A DNA stretch of 64,000 bases from Halorarum halobium (GTDB taxonomy: Archaea > Halobacteriota > Halobacteria > Halobacteriales > Haloferacaceae), in the NCBI RefSeq assembly GCF_032116555.1, contig NZ_CP134951.1:124001-188000 (forward strand), given 5' to 3'. The notes beneath the pieces were generated by a model that saw only the letters and a list, made by a program, of their open reading frames with translations, made no database searches and had not been told where the DNA came from. This document shows positions 38,613 to 49,059 of this stretch, in pieces; position 1 is the stretch's first letter, and each line of letters opens with the position of its first letter. A program made the position numbers and the translations under genes.

Positions 38613-39032
38613 ATGACGGTCGTCAGCGTCTCGATGCCGGACGAACTGGTCGACAGGATCGACGAGTTCACCGAGGAACACGGCTACACGGGCCGAAGCG
38701 AACTGCTGCGGGAGGCCTCCCGCAACCTGCTCGGCGAGTTCGACGACAAGCGCCTGGAGGACCGGGAACTGATGGGCATCGTCACCGTCGTGTTCGACTA
38801 CGAGGGCACGGCCGTCGAGGAGCGCATGATGCAGTTGCGCCACGAGCACGAGGACATCGTCGCCTCGAACCTCCACAGCCACGTCGGCGACCACAACTGC
38901 ATGGAACTGTTCATCCTGGAGGGAAGCCTCGAGGAGATCTCCGCGTTCGTCGGCAAGATCCGCGCGACACAGGACACGACCACCGTCGACTACTCGGTGA
39001 CGCCCATCGACAGCGGCGACCTGCTGGAGTGA
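38613..39032 (+). CDS. nikR: NikR-like ribbon-helix-helix regulator
   Basis: VSVSMP..L...[25 protein letters not shown]. Confidence 0.85.
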   Translation: MTVVSVSMPDELVDRIDEFTEEHGYTGRSELLREASRNLLGEFDDKRLEDRELMGIVTVVFDYEGTAVEERMMQLRHEHEDIVASNLHSHVGDHNCMELFILEGSLEEISAFVGKIRATQDTTTVDYSVTPIDSGDLLE

Positions 39033-39153
39033 CACGGGGTGAACGCCCGCCGGCCGAACTAGCGGCTGGCCCCGCCGATCACCGCGAGATCGGGAGGGAT
39101 AGCACTCGAAAACCGGGGTGTAGACTTTTCGCGAAACGGCGCGTGGAGCACGT

Positions 39154-39546
39154 ATGGACCCGCACATCACGATCGTCACGCTCGGCGTCGAGGACGTCGA
39201 CCGCGCCATCGAGTTCTACCGCGACGGTCTCGGCCTGCCGATGCAGGACCGGAACGGGGAGGAGATCGCGTTCTTCGAGCTCGAGGGCGCGATGCTCGCG
39301 CTCTACCCCTGGGGCCTGCTGGCCGAGGACGCCACCGTCCCGCCCGAGGGGTCCGGGTTCAGGGGCGTCACCGTCGCCCACAACGTCGCCGACGACGACG
39401 CGGTCGACGCCGTGCTGGCGGAGGCCGAGGCCGCCGGCGGGGAACTCGTCAAGCCGGGGCAGGAAACCGACTGGGGCGGCTACTCCGGCTACTTCGCCGA
39501 CCCGGACGGCCACCTGTGGGAGGTTGCCTGGAACCCGTTCCTCTGA
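39154..39546 (+). CDS. VOC/glyoxalase family protein
   Basis: TLGVED..FY..GLG; WGGYSGYFADPDGHLWEVAWNP. Confidence 0.92.
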   Translation: MDPHITIVTLGVEDVDRAIEFYRDGLGLPMQDRNGEEIAFFELEGAMLALYPWGLLAEDATVPPEGSGFRGVTVAHNVADDDAVDAVLAEAEAAGGELVKPGQETDWGGYSGYFADPDGHLWEVAWNPFL

Positions 39547-39785
39547 GTTTCGGTGCCCCCGCCAGTCACCCGCCCGAACTCGCGGCGTCGAGCCGTGGCG
39601 TTCGGTCACGTCGCCGAACCGGGGTGTTCGGTCACGACGTCGAGTCACGGCTTCGAGTCCCGACGTCGAGACGTCCACGGGTCGATTTCTCACGGTCGAC
39701 GTGTCCAATACCTCCTAGTATTCTTCCGTCTATTTTACGGAAAGCGCTAAAAAGGTGTTCGAACGATACGTAATCGAGACGAGAA

Positions 39786-40478
39786 ATGAGTAATTCAGCC
39801 CTCGATCCCGACTCTCCTGTTCGTCCGTGGGAATCGCTTCCGCCCGACGACGCGGCCGAACCGCTCCCGACCCGGACCGCGACCGACCGCCGGGACCGCG
39901 AACTCGAACTCGCGGCGGTCGAGTACGCGTGCCCGGAGGAGATCGGCGACGTCGTCGAGATGTACGAGGACTTCGACGAGCGGCACGTCGCGCAGGGGCT
40001 GCCGCCCCGCGGCGACGACGCGCTCCGCGAGTGGCTGGCCGCGCTCGCGCGGGGGCTCCACGTCGTCGCCCGCCACGCCGGTCGGACGGTGGGCCACGCG
40101 ACGCTCGTCCCGCGCGAGGACGAGGAGGACGAGGACGCCGGGGACGAGTCTGCCGGGAACGGAGCGACCGCCGACGAGGCGAACGAAGCGGAGAGGACGA
40201 CCGGCAAGCGGGAGGAAGGGGCCGGGGAGTCGGGCCACGAACTCGCCATCTTCGTCCACCAGGACTACCGTGGTGCCGGCGTCGGGACGCGGTTGCTGGA
40301 GACGCTGTGCTCGTACGGCGAGCGCGTCGGCGTCGAGGACGTCCGGCTGCTCGTCGAACGACACAACCGCCCGGCGATCAGGCTGTACGACGGCATCGGG
40401 TTCGAGACGACCGAGGCGTGGGGCGGGACGATGGAGATGCGGCTCGACCTGCCGGCGGAGCCCGGCGCGGGGGAGTAA
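39786..40478 (+). CDS. GNAT acetyltransferase
   Basis: AQGLPP, ELAIFVHQDYRGAGVG, NRPAIRLY..IGF. Confidence 0.88.
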   Translation: MSNSALDPDSPVRPWESLPPDDAAEPLPTRTATDRRDRELELAAVEYACPEEIGDVVEMYEDFDERHVAQGLPPRGDDALREWLAALARGLHVVARHAGRTVGHATLVPREDEEDEDAGDESAGNGATADEANEAERTTGKREEGAGESGHELAIFVHQDYRGAGVGTRLLETLCSYGERVGVEDVRLLVERHNRPAIRLYDGIGFETTEAWGGTMEMRLDLPAEPGAGE

Positions 40479-40593
40479 CCGGGGTTTCAGTCACCGCGGT
40501 CCCGGATCTCCTCGGTCCGGCGTCGACGCCGATCACCGCGATCGGGTCCGGTCGGCGACGGGAGTTATACCGGCGAGCGCCCTTTCGGACGGT

Positions 40594-41295
40594 ATGGGAC
40601 TCCCCGTCGCGTTCGGCTGGCGGCACCTCCTCTTCGAGAACTGGCCCGTGGACGCGACCCTCCTGAACGATCACCTGCCCGACGCCCTCCCGGCCGCGAC
40701 CCACGACGGCAGCGCCTGGCTCTCGGTCGTCCCGCTCACGAACGTCCACGTCAGGCCGCGCGGCCTCCCGGCCCGGGCCGGCGTTCGGCTCCCGGAGCTG
40801 AACCTGCGGACGTACGTCACCCACGACGGCGACCCGGGCGTCTACTTCTTCAGCCTCGACGCCCAGGGCGTCCTCAGCGTCCTCGGCGCCCGCCTCCTCC
40901 ACCACCTCCCGTACTTCTACGCGCGGATCGACCACCGGGTCGAGGGCGACCGCGTTCGGTTCGAGAGCAGGCGACTCCACCCCGGCTCCCGGCCGGCCCG
41001 CTATGCGGTCAGCTATCGGCCGACCGGCGACCCCTTCGAGGCCGACCCAGGGTCGCTGGCCGAGTTCCTGACCGAGCGCCGGCGACTGTACACGCAGGGC
41101 CGGGACGGTGCAGTCCGGTACACGGACGTCGAGCACGACCGCTGGACGCTCCACCCGGCCGCCGTCACGACCGACGAGAACACGCTGTTCGAGGCGGGCG
41201 GGTTCGCCCACCCGGAGTCCGAGCCGGTGTGCTACTACAGTCCCGGCGTCGACGTCGTCACCGGCCCGAGCAGGCGTGCGACGCCGCGCGCGTGA
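40594..41295 (+). CDS. YqjF/DUF2071 family protein
   Basis: WRHLLFENWPVD, ELNLRTYV, GVYFFSLDA, FLTER. Confidence 0.88.
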   Translation: MGLPVAFGWRHLLFENWPVDATLLNDHLPDALPAATHDGSAWLSVVPLTNVHVRPRGLPARAGVRLPELNLRTYVTHDGDPGVYFFSLDAQGVLSVLGARLLHHLPYFYARIDHRVEGDRVRFESRRLHPGSRPARYAVSYRPTGDPFEADPGSLAEFLTERRRLYTQGRDGAVRYTDVEHDRWTLHPAAVTTDENTLFEAGGFAHPESEPVCYYSPGVDVVTGPSRRATPRA

Positions 41296-41305
41296 GCCGG
41301 GTGGG

Positions 41306-42004
41306 TCACTCCTCGTCGTCGTCCGCATCCGCCCCGTCCGCGTCGTCTTCCTCCCCGGTCGTCTCGACCTCCTCGGCGGCCTGTTCCGTCGTCGCGGCGG
41401 CGGACTCGACCCGTTCGGCGGCCAGGTCGCCGCCCTCGTCGATCCGGGTGGCGGCCCGCCGGGTCCGCTCCCGGATCCGGGCGGCCGCCTCCTGGCCCCC
41501 CTGCTCGACGCGGTCGGCGGCCCCGCCGGTGACCTCCTCGATCTGCTGGGCCGCGCCCTCCGCCCCGTCGGTCGTGCCGCGGGCGACCGTCCGGGTCCGT
41601 TCGCCGACGCGGTCGAGGGTCCGCCCGACGGACTCCGACCGGCGGCCGAGCGCGTAGCCGAGCGCGACGAGGAGGCCGGCGCGGAACAGCCTCGAGAGCG
41701 CCCGCCGCCCGCGGCTCCCGCGGCCGGACCCCGCGTCGTCGCTCGGCCCCGTCGACCGGCGGCCGTCGTCCGATCCGCCCGCCATCAGCCGTCCGCGGAG
41801 CGCCCTGGCTGCCACGCCCACCGCGGCGACCACGAGCCAGCGGGGGAGCCGGCGGCTCCCGGACGTGGCCGACGGGTCCGCGGACGGCTCCGCGTCCAGT
41901 TGCGTCGTCGCTTCCCTGAGGCCCTCCCGGACGGCGACCGTCAGCGACCGTGCGAGCGTCTCCCTCCGCTCGGGCGTGAGAACAGCGTCTGTGGTTGACG
42001 GCAT
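41306..42004 (-). CDS. Hypothetical protein with two hydrophobic segments and acidic helical tail
   Basis: Haloarchaeal-type codon usage; start ATG 42004. Confidence 0.6.
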   Translation of the reverse strand: MPSTTDAVLTPERRETLARSLTVAVREGLREATTQLDAEPSADPSATSGSRRLPRWLVVAAVGVAARALRGRLMAGGSDDGRRSTGPSDDAGSGRGSRGRRALSRLFRAGLLVALGYALGRRSESVGRTLDRVGERTRTVARGTTDGAEGAAQQIEEVTGGAADRVEQGGQEAAARIRERTRRAATRIDEGGDLAAERVESAAATTEQAAEEVETTGEEDDADGADADDDEE

Positions 42005-42148
42005 CCCCGGGTCCGTCGTCCACGGCGCGCAAAACCGTTCGGCCTGCAGGCTCCTGCCGTGTTTCACGTGGACCCGGACGAGGTCCCACGGTCGACCCGG
42101 GTCACGCGAGCGGCAGGGGGGAGCGATCGGAGGATCGCCCGCCCGTCG

Positions 42149-42751
42149 TTACTCGAACAGTTGGGTGGCCTGGTCGTAGCGGGCTGCGGGTTCCTCCCAG
42201 TCGACGACTTCGAAGAACGCGTCGACGAAGTCGCCGCGTGCGGGGCCGTAGTCGTAGTAGTAGGAGTGTTCCCACACGTCGAGCGCGAGGATGGGGTGAC
42301 CGCCCCAGATCGCGCCCTGGTCGTGTTTGTCCACGACCACGTTGCGCAGTTGGTTCGAGAACGTGTCGTAGACGAGCAGCGCCCAGCCCGAGGCGTTGCC
42401 CGCGGCAGCCTCGAACTCGCCCTTCCACGCCTCGTAGGAGCCGAAGTCCTCGGCGATCCGGTCGGCGAGCGCGCCCGACGGCTCGTCGCCGCCCTCCGGG
42501 CTCATGTTCTGCCAGAACAGGTCGTGCAGGATGTGGCCCGACGAGTTGTGCGTCACGTTCCGGATCGCTCCCGGCGACGACCCGAACTCTCCGGATTTAC
42601 GGTTCTCTGCAAGGGTTTCTTCCGCCGCGTTCCAGCCGTTGACGTACCCCTGATGGTGCGTGTCGTGGTGCCACGTCAGCACCTGCTCGCTGATGTGCGG
42701 TTCCAGCGCGTCGTACTCGTACGGTAACGGATCGAGTTCGTACTCTCCCAT
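42149..42751 (-). CDS. sod: Mn/Fe superoxide dismutase
   Basis: LPYEYDALEPHI, WHHDTHHQGYV, DVWEHSYY. Confidence 0.97.
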   Translation of the reverse strand: MGEYELDPLPYEYDALEPHISEQVLTWHHDTHHQGYVNGWNAAEETLAENRKSGEFGSSPGAIRNVTHNSSGHILHDLFWQNMSPEGGDEPSGALADRIAEDFGSYEAWKGEFEAAAGNASGWALLVYDTFSNQLRNVVVDKHDQGAIWGGHPILALDVWEHSYYYDYGPARGDFVDAFFEVVDWEEPAARYDQATQLFE

Positions 42752-42857
42752 GTGCGTGTCCGAACACGCGGGGATGGGGGAAGAAGGTTCCCTGAAACCC
42801 GTTTCAGTAGCGGGGTCGGGGAGGGTTCCGTAGCGGGCGCGGGAGGGGTGATGCCGG

Positions 42858-44159
42858 TCACTCCTCGATCCGCTGGTGGGGCTGTAACACCTCGTAGATC
42901 GCGTTCCCGAGGTGGTTGATGGCGTAGGCCGTACAGACCAGCATCAGCGCCGGGAACAGGAACGCCCACCAGTCGAACGACCCGCCCGCCGAGAGCCCCG
43001 CCGCGATGGCGCTCCCCCACGAGTCCGTCGAGGCGTCGACGACGCCGAGATACGAGAACGTCGCCTCCATCACGAGGATGAACGGGATCTGGGTCGTCAG
43101 CCCCGCGACGATGGTCCCCGAGACGTTCGGGACGAGGTGGCGGCGGATGACGTCGAACCTGCTCGCGCCCGCGCTCTCGGCGGCGACGACGTAGCCCGCG
43201 TCGCTGCGGCGCGAGGCGTCGTTGCGGACGCGGCGGGCGACCCGGTCCCAGTCGAGCAGGCCGAACAGCAGCACGAGCGCGACGACGCTCGCCTCGTAGA
43301 CGAACTGAATCATGAAGTAGGCGATGAACGCCGGGATCGCCTGCTGGAAGTCGACGTAGCGCATCAGGACCGCGTCGACGCGGCCGCCGAAATACGCCGC
43401 CACGGAGCCGACGACGGTGGCGATGGGGACGAGGATGACGGCGGTGATGACGACCACCTTCAGCGCGAGGCGCGCGCCGGTAAGGAGGAACGCGAGCACG
43501 TCGTACCCGCGGACGGTCGTCCCGAGCGGGTGGATCGTCGTCCCGTGACACCGCCCGTCGACCACGCCCGTCGGACACCAGTTCCGGCCCGCCATCCCCG
43601 TCGAGTCCCAGAACGGCGGGAGCGAACTCGGCTCGCCCCGCACGCGGAGTTCGGTCCACAGCGGCGCGTTCTCCGGGCCGCCCCACACCTCCGGTCCGAG
43701 CGCGGCCGCGAGGACGAACAGCCCGAGGTACGCGAGGCTGAGCTTCGCTCCCGGCTGAGCCAGCAGTTCCCGCCCGTATCGCTTCGTGAGCCGCGGCGAC
43801 GACGCCAGCGGCACGACGACGTAGAACGTCAGGACGATGGCCGAGAACAGCGAGAGCCAGTCGAGCACCGTCGGGTTCCAGCTTCCGACGAGCAGCAGCC
43901 CCTTCGGGACGAACAGGTAGTCGTAGAGGAACAGCGCGAACAGCGCCAGCAGCGACCCCACGAACGCGACGGTCGTCCGGGTGACGAGGAAGCCCGACCC
44001 GTCGTACTCGTCCCAGTCGAGGTCGGTGAACGTCGGGCCGGCGGCGGCCGCGCCGCCGTCCGTTCGGGCACCTCCCCCCGTCGAAACGACGGGCGACCGG
44101 GCGTCGGTGTCCCTCCCGGCGTCGACGTCGGTGCCGACGTCTGCATCGTCCGCCATCAC
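42858..44159 (-). CDS. dppC: Peptide/nickel ABC permease (DppC-like)
   Basis: HPLGT..G.D, YVVAAESAGAS..IRRHLVPN, EATFSYLG. Confidence 0.88.
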   Translation of the reverse strand: MMADDADVGTDVDAGRDTDARSPVVSTGGGARTDGGAAAAGPTFTDLDWDEYDGSGFLVTRTTVAFVGSLLALFALFLYDYLFVPKGLLLVGSWNPTVLDWLSLFSAIVLTFYVVVPLASSPRLTKRYGRELLAQPGAKLSLAYLGLFVLAAALGPEVWGGPENAPLWTELRVRGEPSSLPPFWDSTGMAGRNWCPTGVVDGRCHGTTIHPLGTTVRGYDVLAFLLTGARLALKVVVITAVILVPIATVVGSVAAYFGGRVDAVLMRYVDFQQAIPAFIAYFMIQFVYEASVVALVLLFGLLDWDRVARRVRNDASRRSDAGYVVAAESAGASRFDVIRRHLVPNVSGTIVAGLTTQIPFILVMEATFSYLGVVDASTDSWGSAIAAGLSAGGSFDWWAFLFPALMLVCTAYAINHLGNAIYEVLQPHQRIEE

Positions 44160-45124
44160 CCCTCACCCCCCGAGACCCGCGGATCGATGGCCGCGGAGAC
44201 CACGTCCATCGCCAGGTTGGCGACGAGCGCCGTCGAGACGAGCAGCGTCACGGTCGTGAGGATGAGCCCGAAGTCCCGCTCCATGAACCCGCGGAACGAG
44301 ACCATCCCGAGCCCCGGGATGCCGAGGACCACCTCGACGACGTAGATGGTGACGAACAGCACGACGAGCACCTCCGAGACTACCAGCGCGAGCAGCGGCG
44401 AGGCGGCGTTCCGGAGGACGTGCTCGTACACGCGCCGGGGCGACACGCCGTTGGCCCGGAGCATCTTGACGAACTCCTCGGCGAGGATGTCCCGCGTCTC
44501 GGTCCGCACCCAGAGCACCTGCGCGCCGTAGAGGTTGACGCCGAGGACGAGCGCGGCGGGCGCGAGCGCGAGGAGGTTTCCCGTGCTCGTGACCGGCGCC
44601 GACGCGGTGTAGCCCAGCAGCGCGTCGAGCCCGAAGTCGGTCTCGCCCGCGAGGATGATGAGCCCCTCGCCCAGCACGAACGCCGGGAGGCTGAGACAGA
44701 GGTAGCCGAGCGCCCGGGTCGCGCGGTCGGTGCGACCGCCACGCAGTGCCGCCGCGGTCCCGCTCGCCAGGCTGAGCGCGCTCGCCACGACCACGCCGGG
44801 GACGAGGTACGCGACCGTCCGCGGGATGGACCGCGAGAGCACCTCGGTGACGCTCGCCTCGTAGGCGAACGACGGGCCGAAGTTCAGCGTGAGAAAGGAG
44901 ACGAGCCAGCCCCCGTAGCGGGCCAGCAGCGGCCTGTTGCGCCCGCGGACGGCGCGGTAGGCCGCCTGGGCCTCCGCGCCCTCCTCGCCGCCGCCGGCCG
45001 CCCATCCGACGAGCGCCTCGTTCGGGTCCGGCGTGAACGCCAGGAAGAGAAACAGGAGCGTGAGGAACAGCCACGCGGCGAAGGCGGTCCAGCCGACCCG
45101 GAGCGCGAGGAACCGCCTGTTCAT
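44156..45124 (-). CDS. dppB: Peptide/nickel ABC permease (DppB-like)
   Basis: EFVKMLRANG...HVLRNA, VEVVLGIPGLG. Confidence 0.88.
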   Translation of the reverse strand: MNRRFLALRVGWTAFAAWLFLTLLFLFLAFTPDPNEALVGWAAGGGEEGAEAQAAYRAVRGRNRPLLARYGGWLVSFLTLNFGPSFAYEASVTEVLSRSIPRTVAYLVPGVVVASALSLASGTAAALRGGRTDRATRALGYLCLSLPAFVLGEGLIILAGETDFGLDALLGYTASAPVTSTGNLLALAPAALVLGVNLYGAQVLWVRTETRDILAEEFVKMLRANGVSPRRVYEHVLRNAASPLLALVVSEVLVVLFVTIYVVEVVLGIPGLGMVSFRGFMERDFGLILTTVTLLVSTALVANLAMDVVSAAIDPRVSGGEG

Positions 45125-46479
45125 CGGGGAGCCACCTCCGCGGGAGACGCGACGGCCTCACGGTGGAGGTGACACGCGACGCGGCGCTCGGCCGTTTCTT
45201 CGCCGCCGTCGACGGCGGCGCCCGGGAAGGCCGAATCCGGTGGCGCGGCCCCGGGGGCGACGTGGTCGGGCACCCGTTCCATGCAGGGCGACCGTAGGGG
45301 CTCGGCGGCGGCGGGAACGCCGGCCTCGCGCTCCCCGCGGACGATGCCGACGGCGGCCTCGACGAGCGCCGGTTCGGCTGTCGAGGCCGGTCCGTCGGCT
45401 GGGGCCGATCCGTTCCCGATCCCGGACAGGCCGTAGGCGTCACGGACGAGCGCCGGCAGGTCGTCGGTCGGGACGTCCGCGCCCGCCCGCTCGGCGAGCC
45501 CCTCCCGGTCGACCGCGCCCTCGCGGACGTCGACGTAGAGCCGCATCAGCCGGCGGTATCGCGCCGGGTCCAGCGCGACGTCATCTGGCGGGATGAGCGA
45601 CGGACAGCGCGGGTGGAACCGGCAGCCGTCGGGCGGGTCCGCCGGGTCGGGCACCTCGCCGGCCAGCCCGCTCCGGGCGCCGACGTCGCCGCCGATGGTC
45701 GGCACCGCCTCGGTCAGCGCGCGGGTGTACGGGTGTGCCGGGTCGGCGAACAGCTCCTCGGTCGGGCCGACCTCGACGAGTTTGCCGGCGTACATCACGC
45801 CGACGCGGTCACACACCTCGCGGACGACGTTCATGTCGTGGCTGATGAGCAGCACCGAGAGCCCGAGCTCGGCACGGAGCGAGGAGAGCAGGTCGAGCAC
45901 CTGCGCCTGGATGGAGACGTCGAGCGCCGACACCGGCTCGTCGGCGACGAGCAGGTCCGGGTTCAACACCAGCGCCCGGGCGATGGCGGCGCGCTGCTTT
46001 TGCCCGCCGGAGAGTTCGCGCGGGTACCGGGTCGCCACGTCGGCCGAGAGGCCGACCCGGTCGAGCAGGTCGAACACCACCGACTCGCGGACGTCGGCGT
46101 CGCGGACGCCGTGCAGCTGGAGCGGCTCGGCGACCGACTGGCGGACGGTCATCCGCGGGTCGAAGCTGTCGGCCGGGTTCTGGAGGACGAGTTGTGCCCG
46201 GCGGCGGAACGCTCGCAGTTCCTCGTCGTCGAACGCCGTGAGGTCCGCGCCGTCGAACCGGACCGTGCCGGCGGTCGGTTCCTCCAGCCGGAGCACGTTC
46301 CGCGCCGCCGTGGACTTGCCACAGCCGGACTCGCCGAGCAGGCCGAACACCTCGCCCTCGCGGACCGCGAAGTCGATGCCGTCGACGGCGCGGACGTGGC
46401 CGGTCGTCCGGTCGAAGAGGCCCGACGACACCGGGTAGTGCTTCTCTAACCCCTCGACCGAGAGCAGCGGGTCGCTCAC
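45121..46479 (-). CDS. dppF: Peptide ABC ATP-binding protein (DppF-like)
   Basis: GESGCGKST, LSGGQKQR, HPYT, GCRFHPRC. Confidence 0.92.
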   Translation of the reverse strand: MSDPLLSVEGLEKHYPVSSGLFDRTTGHVRAVDGIDFAVREGEVFGLLGESGCGKSTAARNVLRLEEPTAGTVRFDGADLTAFDDEELRAFRRRAQLVLQNPADSFDPRMTVRQSVAEPLQLHGVRDADVRESVVFDLLDRVGLSADVATRYPRELSGGQKQRAAIARALVLNPDLLVADEPVSALDVSIQAQVLDLLSSLRAELGLSVLLISHDMNVVREVCDRVGVMYAGKLVEVGPTEELFADPAHPYTRALTEAVPTIGGDVGARSGLAGEVPDPADPPDGCRFHPRCPSLIPPDDVALDPARYRRLMRLYVDVREGAVDREGLAERAGADVPTDDLPALVRDAYGLSGIGNGSAPADGPASTAEPALVEAAVGIVRGEREAGVPAAAEPLRSPCMERVPDHVAPGAAPPDSAFPGAAVDGGEETAERRVACHLHREAVASPAEVAPR

Positions 46480-47504
46480 TGCTCCACCCCCGTCGGCGCG
46501 GCGTCGTCCAGCGCTGCCGGGTCGGCCTCGACGCCGTCGTCGTAGTAGACGCAGGCGGCACGGCGACCCTCCGCCCGGCCGAGCCGATGGAGCGGCGGCC
46601 GCTCGCCGCCCCGGCAGGCGTCGACCGCGTCGGGACAGCGCGGGTGGAACCGACAGCCGGCGGGCGGGTCCGCCGGGTCCGGCGGCTCGCCCTCGATGGG
46701 GCGCATCTCGCCGCCCTGGCCGGGGAGGCTGGCGAGCAGCCCCCGCGTGTACGGGTGGGCCGGGTTCCCGAACACCGACTCGGCGGTGCCCGTCTCCATC
46801 ACCGTCCCGCCGTACATGACGACGACGCGGTCGGCGACCTCGTAGACGACGCCCAGGTCGTGGGTGACGAGCAGGACCGCCATGTCGCGCTCCTCGCTCA
46901 GCTCCTCGAACAGCCGCAGGATCTGCGCCTCGGTCGTCACGTCCAGCGCCGTGGTCGGCTCGTCCGCGATGAGCAGGTCGGGGTCCGAGGCCAGCGCCAT
47001 CGCCACGAGCACGCGCTGTTTCATGCCGCCGGAGAACTGGTGGGGGTACTCGTCCGAGCGGTCGCGGGGGTTCGGAATGCCAACGTCTGCGAGCAGTTCG
47101 ACGGCGCGCTCGCGGGCGGCGGATTTGCCGACGTCACCGTGGGCGCGGATCGCCTCGACGAGCTGGTCGCGGACGGTATACACCGGGTCGAGCGCGTTCT
47201 GCGGGTTCTGGAACACGTGGCCGACGTCGTTCCCGCGGATCTCGCGGAGCCGGGAGGCGGGCGCGGCGAGGAGGTCCTCGCCGGCGAACTCCACCCGCTC
47301 GGCGCGGACGGTCGCCGGCGGGCTCGGGACGAGTCGGGTGATCGACTCGCAGGTGACCGTCTTGCCGGAGCCGGACTCGCCGACGATGCAGACCGTCTCG
47401 CCGGGGGCGACCGAGAGGTCGACGCCGTCGACAGCGCGGACGGTGCCCTCGTTCGTCTCGAACGTCGTCCGGAGGTTCCGGACGCGCAGCAGTTCCTCGC
47501 TCAT
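46476..47504 (-). CDS. dppD: Peptide ABC ATP-binding protein (DppD-like)
   Basis: GESGSGKT, YPHQFSGGMKQR, DEPTTALD; start ATG 47504. Confidence 0.92.
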   Translation of the reverse strand: MSEELLRVRNLRTTFETNEGTVRAVDGVDLSVAPGETVCIVGESGSGKTVTCESITRLVPSPPATVRAERVEFAGEDLLAAPASRLREIRGNDVGHVFQNPQNALDPVYTVRDQLVEAIRAHGDVGKSAARERAVELLADVGIPNPRDRSDEYPHQFSGGMKQRVLVAMALASDPDLLIADEPTTALDVTTEAQILRLFEELSEERDMAVLLVTHDLGVVYEVADRVVVMYGGTVMETGTAESVFGNPAHPYTRGLLASLPGQGGEMRPIEGEPPDPADPPAGCRFHPRCPDAVDACRGGERPPLHRLGRAEGRRAACVYYDDGVEADPAALDDAAPTGVEQ

Positions 47505-47705
47505 CGGTCGCGTCGACCGGGGAGCGGGCGATCGAGCGATGCGAGACGGGGATCGAGGTGGGAGACCATACCGCGGTGGGCCCCTCGTGACACGTAAATC
47601 GTGTGAAAGCTGAAATCCGTGCTTCAGCGACGCCGCCGGTTCGCACGCGCTGAGAACGGGGACCCGCACCTTATGACCCCCCGGGCGTCATGCCGGGGTA
47701 GATAG

Positions 47706-48806
47706 ATGGGCACTGCGGCAGCGGTCCTGTTCCAGCAGAACAGTCGACGGACGGCGACGCGCGTGTTCAAGGGGTACCGGCTCGCGGACGTCGAGGCCAC
47801 CGACCGGCTGGTCGAACGGCTGGAGCGGTATCTCACGAGCCAGCGGTTCACCGAGACTGTCGACGCCCCCCACTGGCTCGACACGGGGACGCCGATCGGC
47901 GAGGCGACCCTCCCGGAGTTCGGCTCGCGGCTCGACGCGTTCGACACGTTCCTGCTCGTCGCCGTGACCGACCGGGCCGTCGAGACGTTCGTCGGCGTCC
48001 CCCTCGCGGTCGACGTGCTCCCGGCCCTCGCGGAGGGGATCCGCGTCCGGGAGTACGGCGCCGCCGACCGTGCGGACGGCCGCCCGCGGCCGGACGCGAC
48101 CCCGGCCCGCACGTTCGACGCCGACACGTTCGGCCCGCCGCTGACCGGGGCTGCCGCCGAGGGCGGCCTGCTCGAGTGGTGGCACCTGTTCGCGCTCCAG
48201 GCCGGGACCAGGCTCCGGGAGACGCCCGCGGACGACCGGGAGACCGGCCCGGACGGCGTGGCGACCCTCCGGGTCGCCCACGGCGACGGCCTGGTCTGCG
48301 TCGACCTGCTCGACCCCGACGTGCTCGACGCGCTCGCCCGGGAAGCGGTCTACGTCAACGTCGGCTCGCTCGGCGAGCACGCGGCCGACGGCGGGGCAGG
48401 GGCGGGAAGCTCCCCAGCGGAGGGAGCGACCGCGGACGCGTCCCTCGAGGAGAAGCTGACCGGGACCCTGCGGACGACGGCGACGCGGCGATACCGCTAC
48501 GCGCGACACCTCTGGGCGGTTCGACACGGAGGCGACGAGCGACTCGGGGACTCGAACGCGACGCTGGCCGAGGAGCGCGAGACCGCGCAGGCACACATGC
48601 TCGCCGACCTCGATTCGAGATGCGGCGAGGCGCTCGGGCCGTTCTCCGGCGGCTCGTTCGGCGCGCTGCTCCGCGCGGAGACCGCGACGCGGCCGGACAC
48701 GTTCGCGCTCAACACCACGCCGGACCTGGATCGGGACACGGTGGCGAGCGACCTCGCCGGCATCGACCCCGACTACAACCCGGAGCACGACCCGATGCTC
48801 CGGTAG
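47706..48806 (+). CDS. Hypothetical protein
   Basis: 366-aa acidic ORF with host-like codon usage, divergent from the dpp operon; no family recognised. Confidence 0.65.
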   Translation: MGTAAAVLFQQNSRRTATRVFKGYRLADVEATDRLVERLERYLTSQRFTETVDAPHWLDTGTPIGEATLPEFGSRLDAFDTFLLVAVTDRAVETFVGVPLAVDVLPALAEGIRVREYGAADRADGRPRPDATPARTFDADTFGPPLTGAAAEGGLLEWWHLFALQAGTRLRETPADDRETGPDGVATLRVAHGDGLVCVDLLDPDVLDALAREAVYVNVGSLGEHAADGGAGAGSSPAEGATADASLEEKLTGTLRTTATRRYRYARHLWAVRHGGDERLGDSNATLAEERETAQAHMLADLDSRCGEALGPFSGGSFGALLRAETATRPDTFALNTTPDLDRDTVASDLAGIDPDYNPEHDPMLR

Positions 48807-48819
48807 GTCGGGCGGCGGT

Positions 48820-49035
48820 TCAGACGTCGCCGTTGACGACCGCCGCGACCTCGGTCCGGTCGAACAGCCACTCCTCCTCGGGGATCTCCGGATAGTGCTC
48901 GCCGTCCTCGTACCCCGGCCGCTCGCCGAACCGGTCCGGGTGGAGCTGTTTCGCGCCCGTCTCGATCCGGAAGCGGTTCATGATCGGCCCCCGGTACCGC
49001 ATGCCGACGGCGTACACGCGGTCCCCCTGGACCGC
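48820..49035 (-). pseudogene. C-terminal remnant of iron-siderophore ABC substrate-binding protein
   Basis: AVQGDRVY...RYRGPIMN...AKQLHPDRFG...YPEIPEEEWLFDR..A.VVNG matches haloarchaeal SBP C-termini; no N-terminus or signal peptide. Confidence 0.7.
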
Positions 49036-49059
49036 GCCGAAAGAAACGAGGCCCTTTCG

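Noticed and set aside
39595..39705. Degenerate short repeats (GTTCGGTCACG twice, TCGAG..CACG)
   Set aside because: Too short and irregular to call a repeat family or ncRNA
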